From Cyanophora paradoxa CCMP329 (lineage: Eukaryota; Plantae; Glaucophyta), in NCBI GenBank assembly GCA_004431415.1, contig QPMI01000634.1:1-64000 (forward strand): a stretch of DNA of 64,000 bases, read 5' to 3'. The notes under the pieces were generated by a model. The model was given only the letters and a program-made list of their open reading frames with translations. It was not told the origin of the DNA and did no database searches. Position 1 is the first letter of the stretch, and the number at the start of each line of letters is the position of its first letter. The position numbers were made by a program, and so were the translations under genes. Positions 12,301 to 22,300 of the stretch are shown here, piece by piece.

Positions 12301-13706
12301 TGGGTGAGGGAGTTTTAGAAATTAATCAAAGGGCAGCAGCAAAGAATATTCACAATGAGACCATATCAAGAGTGGTCACAGAGGATTACCTTCAAGCCCG
12401 AAACTACATAGATGAAACAGAACTGAATACAGTCATTGCAGGTATAGGTGTCACAGGAAATTACCTCCCTCTCACAGGTGGGATTATTAATGGAACAGTG
12501 ACAGCATGCAACTTCTTTGTCCATACTGAAAGTAATCAAACTTTCCCTGTTGTCCATCCAGGAGGTGAGTATGAGATACCAGATGATCCAGCTATAATGC
12601 CTATCAAGATCGATCTCCCTTCTGATTATGTTGGAAGGGGTGAACTGAAAACCATCTCTTTCACAGGAGATTATAATGATCTCCTGAATAAACCTTCAGC
12701 TGCAAACCTGCATCCTGTTGCTTATTCAGGTAGCTTCCTTGATCTTAATAATAGATCACACACTCACACAAAGGCAGAAATTACAGATTTCGCACACACT
12801 CACACCAAATCCCAGATAACAGATTTTGCCCACTTCCACACCAGAGCAGATATAACTAATTTTGCTCACACTCATTTTAAATCTGAGATAACAGATTTTG
12901 CTCACACTCACACAAAGTCACAGATAACAGATTTTGCCCACACTCATACTAAGGCAGAGATTACAGATCTTGGAAATGTCTCTTATGTGGGTCACACTCA
13001 TACTAAGAGTGAGATAACAGATTTTGCACACACCCACACCAAAGGTGAAATTACAGACTTTGCACATACTCATACTAAATCTCAAATTACAGACTTTGCA
13101 CACACTCATGTTTGGGTAGATATTACAGATCGACCTTCTCTTGATCCCTTCACAGCAAATACAATCACAGCAAACAATACCATGTATGCAGGATCAGGTT
13201 CCATTCTAAATTATGACCCATACATTATGCCTGATCCTCCTCTCATTTGGAATTTCCACAATTCAACACTTTCTACAAGTCATATATCATATTATCAGGA
13301 TAAAACACTCCTAGTTCGTGGAAATGCATATGCAAGAGAAATGTGGGTCATGGATCCTCGGGACAATTCAAAGGTTACTAAGCTGGCACCCCAATACATG
13401 CTTGATAACCTTATTAGAAAAGGGAGACATGAGATGACAATTGCAAACCCTCAAATTGGTGGTAGTTCAGCAAGGCAAAACCACACAATTACTCTGAGTT
13501 GGAGTCCTGCCTTTGCCACTCCCCCATCTGTTGTTGTGACATTGCAGGGATTACCTGCAACAAATGTAGAAATCGACTACAAAATAGGGATATCAAGCAA
13601 CTCAACAACCTCAACCACAATTAACCTTGTTATTTGGGCAGCAGGATGGGTAACCATTCAGCCACAGTGGCTTCAAATTGCAATCCATTGGATAGCATCA
13701 GCATAA
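9333..13706 (+). CDS. Large virion fibre-like protein with phage-tail-type HxH repeats
   Basis: About ten HTHTKSQITDFA repeats (12758-13130), HxHxWxxIxxKPxxFPP repeats and acidic EEYLPDGxDP repeats. Also an internally duplicated ~180-aa block and a C-terminal beta domain (FATPPSVVVT). Confidence 0.8.
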   Translation: MSFNYPPNLETIQDDNASSTKHVNFDNIKVKGSVSIDHSSDNSSKTQSREHALSVNQTDPDKEEVSVAFSLGNVKANQVAEIKATRRRPRKLKTSGTHPDIPSRFDSGRLIFNVQDEQGKQNTALRIYNEGSTAKAEVPQVLQVGPIANTNQVSYTNDVYPKDITYDFARNEPFGFFTPKDVHQKKPSITINSSPSQPVAIHLHPDLVEMDRHLLPLYSNVKDLGIRTRQWRNIHGSNVYANGEKLVSEKTLREIIEHYGPNGPTVPFPIPFPNGPPDLTPKKQPGREYTATEDVAFGQHIVSWEQVRNKPIIEPRKQIDEQYLPPEVDILELDEYQFVPDEEEYLPDGFDPQEYEYDQFDPNEEEILPDGLDPQEFEYEQNYEPDEEYLPDGHDPPAVDYEQPYEPHEELLPDGFRPEIWEFFPDYEQINNKPAKYPPEDHNHDWDEILGKPQKYPPEDHRHDWGEIDGIPTEFPPSKHEHTWDEINDQPEFAKVEPLDNLGVSLYQTCNVPERIFLNEHYVHVNGTLANSAMRGPLHIRTLPGSYNPPPEPGATIPNIFVSSYMEADIPTDTFRVPTDPATYQNFNSAIQVHVADVSSLDGSRPMIVFSRDKYSYIPIVGTANDNYGRAELAWIKTDYGGVLEANQRMAAKNIHNENISRVVTEDYLTAVVLVNIVTLAMLANYVTKNELALELSKYLLKTGGTITGDLTVTSNLYTSNLYASNITVDYLTVTSNANLPHHPTSNVVDGWIKNHTHTKDQIIDFDHTHAWSNIVDKPLTFPPDDHTHAWSNIVDKPITFPPDTHTHDYTQITNCNHRHPWSEIDQQPKFASAGNLLTDSPHGVSLYQSNAIPERLQLNDYYVNRKGIDAGTTMEGELYIRPPTRMQMIAAGGNFGALDTKPGIYLTSYYADDIPMTGGLLSLPSDPVNYDDKDAAIQINVTDVSDLDGSRPKLIFSRERLLPDALLGNRDDYKRCEMAWIKTNYNGGVGEGVLEINQRAAAKNIHNETISRVVTEDYLQARNYIDETELNTVIAGIGVTGNYLPLTGGIINGTVTACNFFVHTESNQTFPVVHPGGEYEIPDDPAIMPIKIDLPSDYVGRGELKTISFTGDYNDLLNKPSAANLHPVAYSGSFLDLNNRSHTHTKAEITDFAHTHTKSQITDFAHFHTRADITNFAHTHFKSEITDFAHTHTKSQITDFAHTHTKAEITDLGNVSYVGHTHTKSEITDFAHTHTKGEITDFAHTHTKSQITDFAHTHVWVDITDRPSLDPFTANTITANNTMYAGSGSILNYDPYIMPDPPLIWNFHNSTLSTSHISYYQDKTLLVRGNAYAREMWVMDPRDNSKVTKLAPQYMLDNLIRKGRHEMTIANPQIGGSSARQNHTITLSWSPAFATPPSVVVTLQGLPATNVEIDYKIGISSNSTTSTTINLVIWAAGWVTIQPQWLQIAIHWIASA

Positions 13707-13731
13707 TAAAGATTCTCACACTATTACAAAG

Positions 13732-14805
13732 ATGACCTCTCTATTAGAGATCCCAAACTATGAACTTGCAGCCAAATCACTCCATAGCACCTCTCATGGA
13801 GTAGTTGATTCAACCCCTGGGTATATTTGCACTGAAACTTCAAGTAATACCTCTTTCACAGAGAATGATAAACTCAGAGTCAAAGAAATTCGATGTGATC
13901 GCAATGGGGGCAAGATAAGAACCACAGGGATTATTATCTCGAATAAAAATCAGGTTCAAGCAGGTCAAGTTGTCCCAGATTCAGCAATATATGATAATGT
14001 AGGTGGATTTACCACAGCACAGATAGTTACTTTTGGTAACACAAGTAATAATTCTGCACTTGTGGTTAAAAGTGGAGGAGCCTATATTGGTGATGGAGCA
14101 ATTGTGGTGGGGGCTGTCACAGCAAATCAGTTGACTGTGAATGGGACAAGTAGTTTTGGTGGGTATATGACTTTCAATGGTGGGCTTTCAGGGAGTATTC
14201 AGTATGGAACTCTCACACTTTCCACAAGAATCAACACACCTGAAATAAATACAATCTTGAACACAAATTCTACATACAAACGAAATGGTAAGTCGATTTT
14301 TATATTAGGGAATATACAGACGACACCAACCAATATAGAAGCACTGACATTTTCAACAGGATGTTATTTGAAAAGAAATGGATGTCCTCGTTTTCTGGCT
14401 GGTAAATCAACAAATTGGAGTTTTTTAGCGAACAATTCACACATTCGTCCCTATACAGCAACTGGACTAATAAATAATGGAAATGCATTCGATATTACGA
14501 CTGGAACTTTTACAGCTCCTATAACTGGAACTTACCGGTTCTTTTTTGGTGGAAATTTCAATGGTACTGACACATTCCCATCAACTGTTATTTTCAATCT
14601 TAGAAAGAATGGACTATCTACAACACTTCAGACATCTACAACAAATGATTATTCAACAATGCAAATTCATTTCTCAATGGACTGCATCATTAATCTCATT
14701 AAAAATGACTGGATTCGAGTGTATAATAATTCTTCGGATATTGTTGAAATAGGTTTTACTGGGAATCAATTTTACTTTGGGGGAATGCTGTTAAGTGTTA
14801 CATAA
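13732..14805 (+). CDS. Fibre protein with C-terminal C1q/TNF-like head
   Basis: PRFLA...NNGNAFDITTGTFTAPITGTYRF...LRKNG...IINLIKNDWIRV is C1q-like; N-terminal domain shared with the next three fibres. Confidence 0.8.
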   Translation: MTSLLEIPNYELAAKSLHSTSHGVVDSTPGYICTETSSNTSFTENDKLRVKEIRCDRNGGKIRTTGIIISNKNQVQAGQVVPDSAIYDNVGGFTTAQIVTFGNTSNNSALVVKSGGAYIGDGAIVVGAVTANQLTVNGTSSFGGYMTFNGGLSGSIQYGTLTLSTRINTPEINTILNTNSTYKRNGKSIFILGNIQTTPTNIEALTFSTGCYLKRNGCPRFLAGKSTNWSFLANNSHIRPYTATGLINNGNAFDITTGTFTAPITGTYRFFFGGNFNGTDTFPSTVIFNLRKNGLSTTLQTSTTNDYSTMQIHFSMDCIINLIKNDWIRVYNNSSDIVEIGFTGNQFYFGGMLLSVT

Positions 14806-14826
14806 TATTATCATTATAAAGTAAGA

Positions 14827-15846
14827 ATGTCTACACAAATTGCAGTTCCTGTTTTCTGTTATGCTGCCCCTAAATTACATCAACTTAACCACACAGTCAC
14901 AGATGCAACCCCTGGTTTTATTTGCACAGAAACAACAGGAGCCGATTCGTTTTCGCAAAATTCTGTGATAAGATGCAAAGAAATTCGATGTGATCGGAAT
15001 GGAGGCAAGGTGAGAACCACTGGACTAATTGTGTCAAATAAGAACCAAGTTCAATCAGGTCAGATTGTTTCTGATTCCGCAATTTATGATGATGTTGGAG
15101 GGGTCACCACACCAAAACTTGTAACTTTCGATAATACAATAAATAATGCTGCTCTTGTTGTGAGAAGTGGAGGCGCATATATTGGAGATGGGGCGAGAGT
15201 TGATGGAACTCTTACAGCAACTCAACTTGCAGTGACAGGGACAACTACTTTTACAGGAGTGGTAACAGCAACTGGTGGGATCTCATTACCAACAGCCTCT
15301 CAATCTGTCATAACTGCAACCACAAGAGTAGTAACACCTGAAATTGACACAGGGGCTGATGTTAATTTAATTTTAAAGCGAAATAGTAATCCAATAGCAA
15401 CTTTAGAATCGAACTGTTTAACAATTAATACGAACTGCTATTTAAAGAACACTTTTCAACCGAGATTTAGCTATCAACTGGGATATAATCACACTGCTAC
15501 AAGCTCTGCTGCTCTCATTAATTGGGTCACAAATATTGTTGATCAGACAGGCGCTTTTAATGTCACCAATGGAAGATTCACTGCTCCTGTAGCTGGGCAT
15601 TATCGTTTCTCAGTTTATACACAGTCAACAACAGCAGCTGCAATTCAGATTTATTTAAAAGTAAATAACCTCGATCCAGGGATGATCCTAACTACACAAA
15701 GCACCAGCACAGCAGCTGTTAAACCCCTTCAATTAACAGCCATTCTAAATGTTGCAGCCAATGAGCATGTCACTGTGTGGACAGGAACCTCTGGGACATA
15801 TTCATCTGCAACAGTTTTCAGTGGAGAGTTGATAAGTATCACATAA
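14827..15846 (+). CDS. Fibre protein with C-terminal C1q/TNF-like head
   Basis: GAFNVTNGRFTAPVAGHYRFS...ILNVAANEHVTV...FSGELI; N-terminus highly similar to 13732-14805. Confidence 0.8.
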   Translation: MSTQIAVPVFCYAAPKLHQLNHTVTDATPGFICTETTGADSFSQNSVIRCKEIRCDRNGGKVRTTGLIVSNKNQVQSGQIVSDSAIYDDVGGVTTPKLVTFDNTINNAALVVRSGGAYIGDGARVDGTLTATQLAVTGTTTFTGVVTATGGISLPTASQSVITATTRVVTPEIDTGADVNLILKRNSNPIATLESNCLTINTNCYLKNTFQPRFSYQLGYNHTATSSAALINWVTNIVDQTGAFNVTNGRFTAPVAGHYRFSVYTQSTTAAAIQIYLKVNNLDPGMILTTQSTSTAAVKPLQLTAILNVAANEHVTVWTGTSGTYSSATVFSGELISIT

Positions 15847-15867
15847 TTTTCTCTCTATGGAGTAGGA

Positions 15868-16134
15868 ATGTCGAATATATACCAAGTGGTTCTCTCTGAT
15901 AGCGAAAAGCTCGGAATGGAATATTGCTGCGCTTCGGTTCAGGATTGGATTGATAATGCTGTTCACAACAGAGCAAGAATCGCAATTGATGATATTGTTC
16001 AGAAAGAGATTCAATCTTGCATCTCATCAGGAGTTCAGATACCAACCTCAAAAGAAGCCATTGTTTTACAGGCATTCCAAAGGGGAACTGTAAAGAAAGG
16101 CATCGAGTATAATAATGTCACAGAAGGACAATGA
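15868..16134 (+). CDS. Small phage-type fibre-associated protein (possible assembly chaperone)
   Basis: YQVVLSDSEKLGMEY...VQDWIDNAVHNRARIAIDDI...IPTSKEAIV resembles small proteins I recall following C1q fibres in aquatic tailed phages. Confidence 0.6.
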   Translation: MSNIYQVVLSDSEKLGMEYCCASVQDWIDNAVHNRARIAIDDIVQKEIQSCISSGVQIPTSKEAIVLQAFQRGTVKKGIEYNNVTEGQ

Positions 16135-16169
16135 ACATTATTTTTCTTTCCTTCTTAGTAAAAGAAGCA

Positions 16170-17015
16170 ATGGGTGAATATAATCGAGTTCAACTGCCTA
16201 TATATTCCCTGGGATCCCCTGCAATGCATTTTCGCCAGCATGAAGTAAATGATGAGGTTCGTGGTTTAGAATCTACAGAGAGACCCAATTCCAATGGTAA
16301 CTCATTTGATAAAAATTCGATTATTCGAGTTAAAGAGCTGAGAGCTGATAAGAATTCAGGTGTGGTTAAAACAACTCGACTTCTTGTCACAAATGCAAAC
16401 TTCTTTCAGCCTACCAATGGAGGTCCAGATGCTTACAGTGTTGATCTGAAAGCCCTTGATTTCGATAAGAATTCTGCAGCTGTCACTGTGAGATCAGGAG
16501 GAGCATTTATTGGGGGTGGCTGTCGAATTTCAGGTCAGCTTTCATCCTCAATTTCGTATAATGATGTCCCAGATACTCTAGAGCAAAATGTGGAAGACCC
16601 CCAACGAATTCGATTATATACTCCTGTCGCACAGCAGCCATTAATTCAATTTTACATTGGATATACTGTTACTCTTGAAAACTCGGAATTAATTGAAGGA
16701 ACCAAAAGAGTACTGAGAGGTCTTGCGATTCCATCTGCAATGCTTTCCCTTTGTAGAGCCAACAACAATCAAGTAGGTCATAAATACTATTTCAATGTTC
16801 AGGGATATAATCATTTCGGTTATGGCTACTGTGTTTATAATAATAATTTCACCTTTGACTTGTTTGTTACAGATATTGGGTTATATACTATAACTCTTAT
16901 CGGTTTGAGAACAGATATAGCCGCTGTATCAGCTCTTAGAGGTGTAACTCCTGATACTCTTTCAGTTACAGGGTTTTACCAAGAGCCAGATGTAATTGAT
17001 GACCCAACCCCATAA
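16170..17015 (+). CDS. Fibre paralogue 3 (shared N-terminal domain, different head)
   Basis: IRVKELRADKNSGVVKTTRLLVTNAN...VRSGGAFIG matches the family N-terminus. The likely start is the ATG at 16170, not 16131. Confidence 0.7.
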   Translation: MGEYNRVQLPIYSLGSPAMHFRQHEVNDEVRGLESTERPNSNGNSFDKNSIIRVKELRADKNSGVVKTTRLLVTNANFFQPTNGGPDAYSVDLKALDFDKNSAAVTVRSGGAFIGGGCRISGQLSSSISYNDVPDTLEQNVEDPQRIRLYTPVAQQPLIQFYIGYTVTLENSELIEGTKRVLRGLAIPSAMLSLCRANNNQVGHKYYFNVQGYNHFGYGYCVYNNNFTFDLFVTDIGLYTITLIGLRTDIAAVSALRGVTPDTLSVTGFYQEPDVIDDPTP

Positions 17016-17038
17016 AAGATATATCCCTTTAATGTAAA

Positions 17039-17872
17039 ATGGCTGAGCAACCCCCACTTGAACGAATTATTACACCTCAGCTATCATTAGCTGCCCCAGC
17101 AAACCATGTTTTACAGCATGCTACTTTTGATGATGTGGAAGGTCTCCAATCCACAGAGGTCCAACCTACAATGAACACCTTTGGTTCCACCCACAAGCTG
17201 AGATTACAGGAACTCAGATGTGATAAAAATAATGGAATAGTTAAGACAACTAAGCTACTTGTCACAAATGCAAACTTCTCTGCTCATTATGGAGACCCAG
17301 ATAGCTATGGAGATCCTCTGTCTACTTATTCTTTTGAATCTAGGTCGGGAGCTATTAACTGCAAATCGGGGGGAGCTTATATTGGTGATGGTCTTAGGGT
17401 TGGTGGGGCTGTTGGAGCGCCTCTATTTGTGAATGATCAACCCAATCCCATTGATCCCAATACAAGAATTCGAACATATGTCCCCAGCATGAATGCCCCC
17501 TATATAATCAAGATATTCCCCATTGTTGTGAATGAACAAACAGCAGTAGTAGATTCTCTTGTTGAGATTGGTGACCACTACAAGGTTGTTGTGGATATTC
17601 CACCAGATGTATATGCTCTATGTCAAGTAGAGGGTGGAACTCCTAATTTTGCTGTTGTGATCACCCCATATGATAATTTCGGAATTGCTTATCATGGAGT
17701 CAATTTCGGTTTGGAAGACTATCAGTTTCTGGTTAGAGCCACCAAGTTTGGTATCTACAAGTGTGTATTATATGCTGAGAGAACCGATTTTATTGCAAAG
17801 CAGAATACCTATGCTGAATACTATGGGACAAATCGATATTTCCCCATTTTTGGGCAGGATACTGCTCCATAA
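17039..17872 (+). CDS. Fibre paralogue 4 (shared N-terminal domain, head related to paralogue 3)
   Basis: LRLQELRCDKNNGIVKTTKLLVTNAN...KSGGAYIGDG; C-terminus YDNFG...GIYKCVLYAERTD resembles YNHFG...GLYTITLIGLRTD of paralogue 3. Confidence 0.72.
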   Translation: MAEQPPLERIITPQLSLAAPANHVLQHATFDDVEGLQSTEVQPTMNTFGSTHKLRLQELRCDKNNGIVKTTKLLVTNANFSAHYGDPDSYGDPLSTYSFESRSGAINCKSGGAYIGDGLRVGGAVGAPLFVNDQPNPIDPNTRIRTYVPSMNAPYIIKIFPIVVNEQTAVVDSLVEIGDHYKVVVDIPPDVYALCQVEGGTPNFAVVITPYDNFGIAYHGVNFGLEDYQFLVRATKFGIYKCVLYAERTDFIAKQNTYAEYYGTNRYFPIFGQDTAP

Positions 17873-17894
17873 GAATATTGGTTATATATAGAGT

Positions 17895-18167
17895 ATGGAT
17901 AGTAAAACAAAAAAGTTTATTGATGCTGCTATGACAGTCCATGGTAAAGATAAATTCGATTACAGTGAGACACATTACATCAAAGCTCAAGAGAAAGTAT
18001 CTGTTAGATGTTTGCAGTGTAATAAGGTGATCCTTACCTATCCCTTTAATCATGTGAAGGGATCAGGTTGCAGGGACTGTAACAAAAGAAAGAGTCAAGC
18101 ACACAGGAAAAGAGCTACTTCATCAATCAGAGTAGAGTATAGGGATATTTGCATTAGGTTTGACTAG
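17895..18167 (+). CDS. DUF723-like zinc-ribbon protein
   Basis: FIDAAMTVHGKDKFDYSETHY...VRCLQC...NHVKGSGCRDC. Confidence 0.65.
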   Translation: MDSKTKKFIDAAMTVHGKDKFDYSETHYIKAQEKVSVRCLQCNKVILTYPFNHVKGSGCRDCNKRKSQAHRKRATSSIRVEYRDICIRFD

Positions 18168-18190
18168 TTAATTTTTCTAAGGTATTCTTA

Positions 18191-18589
18191 ATGGAGACTA
18201 AATACAGAGGCTTTCATGTTATGCTTGATTACAAGGCTAAATCAGCTATAGCAACAGGTTATGAGCATGTTAGCTTCCTAGGTAATTGGATTATGGGAAC
18301 CCTTGAACAAGCAGTATTGAGACAAGGTATTAGGATTGTTCATAAGCATTGTGAGATATTTGATGGCAAACTATCACCTCCTGGTTTTGCATTGGTTCTG
18401 CTATTAGATGAAAGCCATTGTACAGCTCATTGTTATTCCAATGAAGGCATGTTAGCAATTGATATATTCAGTTGTGGTAAAGAAGCTCAGCATAAAACAC
18501 AATCAGTAGCAGATGAGATCGATAAAACAATGAATTTCTTAACATTTGAGAAGACTGAGAGACATAAACATGATAGATTCCCGTTTTGA
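18191..18589 (+). CDS. speD: S-adenosylmethionine decarboxylase proenzyme (short prokaryotic/viral type)
   Basis: GFHVMLD, PPGFALVLLLDESHCTAHCY (E-S self-cleavage site, ESH motif) and AIDIFSCG; 132 aa. Confidence 0.85.
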   Translation: METKYRGFHVMLDYKAKSAIATGYEHVSFLGNWIMGTLEQAVLRQGIRIVHKHCEIFDGKLSPPGFALVLLLDESHCTAHCYSNEGMLAIDIFSCGKEAQHKTQSVADEIDKTMNFLTFEKTERHKHDRFPF

Positions 18590-19008
18590 TGGGTTTCTAT
18601 AATGATAAACAGGGTAATTTACCTTTTTTATTACAATGGCAATCGTTAAAAAAGGATATAATATATCCTTTCCTACAATAGCTTTCTACAATGATTTTCT
18701 TTCTACAGTAGCTTTTGTTACAATAGAATTCTACTGTATGATGTAGCCGAAATATGAATGCACCCTACATTAAGCAATGTCAAGTATTTCGAATACTATT
18801 CGATTTCCTTACAATAACACTCAGCATCTGCCCTAGATTCCCCCTATTACCCTATTATTTAAGTGGACTCAAGGTTGACTCATATTAATCGTAAAAGTAG
18901 TAAAAGTATATGGATTTTGTTACGAATTCAATGGGAGGGTTGACTAAGTGGGTTGAGTTGACTCAAATTTCACAGGAAATAACAATGAATCAGAGTATAA
19001 ATGCATTT

Positions 19009-19039
19009 TTTGAATCAACTACACCAACTAACACTGAGA
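19009..19039 (+). repeat. 31-bp direct repeat, copy 1 (TTTGAATCAACTACACCAACTAACACTGAGA)
   Basis: Identical copy at 28389-28419; each copy precedes an iteron module. Confidence 0.85.
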
Positions 19040-19319
19040 AAGTAGAAGATATCATATAGTATTACCATATATGGTTTGTCAGGCACTATAATATAGTTGT
19101 CAGGCACTTATATAGTATGTCAGGCATTGAGGAGATTGGTACCCCGGAAAATTGAGCGAAGGCCCGCGAGCGAGTAAGCCGGCGCAGTGGGGCTTCCCCA
19201 ACGCGGGTGCCTGCTAGCACTGCACGTGGCTGGTCCCAAAACTCGCGCGGCCGACGCTCCGTAGTCCAGCCCGACCGAACTCCAAACCCAGCGAACATCG
19301 ACCGCCCAGCCGCGGCCCC

Positions 19320-22300
19320 ATGCCCGCCACCTCAGCGGAGACAGCAGCCACACCGTCGGATGCGCCCCCGGACGCACCGACGCCCCGCCCGCTGCTCACG
19401 GTCGCCTTTTTGAATGTCGAAAGCCTTGCAGGCATACCTCGGCGCATCTGGCTCACCGGATGGCTCAAGCGTACCAAAGTGGACGTCCTCGGCATCGTTG
19501 ACCACCGGCTCAATCCGAAGCAGATCGCGGCCCTTACGCAGCGCATCGAATCATCGTGGCGCGTGCTCATCCCGCCCGCCGCAGAGCTTAAACCCAACGT
19601 CTGGAGCCGAGGCACCGGTTTCCTCGTCCGCAAAGCCATCCCGGCCCTCCCCGGTGCTACAGCCACGCTCGTGCCCCTCCCGCCCACGCCGGGCCTGCGG
19701 CCGCACGATGCTTCACTACTTCGCCTCTCCAGCGACACCAACGCATACAGCATTATCTGCCTCTACGCCCCTAATGACGCGGCCTCGCAGAAGCGCCTGG
19801 CGGCAGGCGTCACCCAGGCGATCGAATCGCTCCAGCTTCCCCCGAACGACGCCCTCATTCTAGGCGGCGACCTAAACGCCTACGCGCTCCCGCATTTAGA
19901 AAGCCGCCGCCGTGCCGGCGCACCGCCCCCCTTCGGGCACTGGTCCGATCTCATGGCTGACTTGGACCTGTTCGACGAACATCGCCGCAGGCGGCCGCGA
20001 GACCGCATATACACGCGCTGGCACCGCAAGACGAACCGCTTCGACCAGAACGCGGCGCGACTGGACTACGTCCTCCTCTCAGCCGACCTCTGCGTCGCGG
20101 CGGAGCGCGTCGGTATCCTTCGCACGGCGGGCGCGGCCCCGCGCCCTGACCACGACGCGGTCTACGCGCGGCTCCATACGGACGCCGTCATCGCGCCCCG
20201 GGCGGCCCGCTTCAGGCTCCACGACCGCATCCTCCACTTCCCGCCGTTCCAGCGGTCCGTGCGGGCCTGCACGGCCGAAGCGCTAACTCGCCAGCCGGCT
20301 CTCTGCACCGTGGAGTGGCAGCGCTGGCTCGACGAGCTCTTCGCTGAATACAGGGAGATCGCCCGCCGTACCCGCCCCCAGGCTGACTCGGAGGTCCGAG
20401 ACGCCCGCGAAGTGATCGCAGGCCTCTGGCGCGACGCGGAACAAGCGCTCCAAGACGCGGAGGTAGACACCACCGAAGAAGACTACGCGGTCGCCGATAT
20501 GGGCTACCTGACCATCCAGGAAGCAGCGCTCGACGCCGCAGACGCGGCTCTTAGCTCCCGCAAGCACCTAGAACGCTCCCTCGCGCACGCGCACACAGTC
20601 CCCCCCGAGCTCGCCCGTCATATTAAGTACTCCTCGGCCGACAACCGTATGCGCTCGCTGCAGCCGTACCCCCCGCGAGAGGGTACCCCGGCGGCCACGA
20701 CGGAGGAAGACATGGCGGCGCACGCCTGCGCATACTACACGGAGCTCCTCGCGGCCCAACGCCCGCTTCCCCCCGACCTCCCGGCGGCCACGCCGCCCTC
20801 GGCTCCGGCGGCCCCGGCCCGCCGCCAAGAACCACGGGCAACGGAGCATTCCAATGCTCGCCCAGGCACCACCACGGGGTCGGAGCCTGAAGGCGCTCGC
20901 CCGTACCAGGGAACGGCTAGGCCGAACCCGCAGACCACGGGGCCCGAGCCGGAAGGCGCTCGCCCGTCCTTGGAACCGGGAGCCTCGGGCCCCGTGGACG
21001 TGACGCCGGAAGCCACCGCCGCTTTCCCGGCGGTCGTCGAGAAGCTGCGCGCTGCCCACCTTCTCACCCCCGCCGACCCCCTCACGTGTGAGGAAGCCGA
21101 GCTCTTGTCCCGCTGCCTCGATACAGCGCCCCCGCCCTTGCACCCCCCGATGTGCGCCCCCTATACGGTTGGCGAGATCGAGGAAAGACTAAAAGAGATG
21201 AATAAGTCGACAGCGCCGGGCGAGGACGGCCTCTCTGTAAAGTTCTATCTCACGTTCTGGAACATCCTCGGCCCGATAGTCACAGAAAGCTATAACTGCG
21301 CGCGCGCGCTGGGCACCCTATCGGAGCGCCAACGCACGGGGCTAATCCAACTGCTCTATAAGAAAGGAGACCGCGATAAAATCCAGAACTGGCGCCCAAT
21401 CACCCTCCTGCAAATAGACCGCCGCCTCTTCGGAGCGGTTCTCGCGAAGCGCATAGCGCCCGCCTGCCAGCACACTATCAGCTCCGTCCAAACGGGCTTT
21501 ATGCCGGACCGCACCGGGGCAGACAACGTCTGGCAGATGCAAGCCGTCATCCGTCACGCGGACCGTACGGACCAGCATGTCGTGATACTAAACACCGACT
21601 TCGAGAAAGCGTATGACCGCGTAGAACACCTCTATGCGCTCCGGGTCCTAGCGGTCCAGGGCTTCCCGCCCGAATTCCTCGCCGACGTCCGAGCTATCAC
21701 GAAAGGCGCTAGATCAAAAGTTATGATCAACGGGCAGATCTTCCCAACCATCATCCCGGTTACGCGCAGCGCTCTCCAGGGCGACCCATTCGCATGCATG
21801 TTCTTCAACACGCAGCAGGAGCCCACCACGCGAGACATCCTCGCGGACCCCGAAATCACAGGCGTACCCGCCCCTCGGGACCCCGGGATCGAATCCAAGC
21901 TGGTCCAATACGCCGACGACGCAGCGCACTCGCTCAAGATCAATCCCCGCAGCCCAGACCCTGGCCTGCCCGTTAAGAAAACCATAGCTAAGTACCAGAA
22001 AGCAGGGAAGTACAACGGCTCCTCGCTCAATCTCGGCAAAACCGAAGGCATGCTCGCGGGAGCCGCAGCACCGACAAAGCGGCCCGGCCACCCAATCACC
22101 CTCCCAGCATGGACCCAAGCGATTCCGATCCGCTGGGTCAAGTCCACGTCCACGCTCGGTATCCCGCTCGGCCCGAGGGGCGAATTTGACGCCCGCCCTT
22201 ACTGGGCTAAGCGTGTAGACGGGATGCGCAGCCGGAGAGCTCGCTGGAACCTGCGCGCGATGCGCGTCCACCAACGCGTCAACGTAGCCACGGCCATCGT

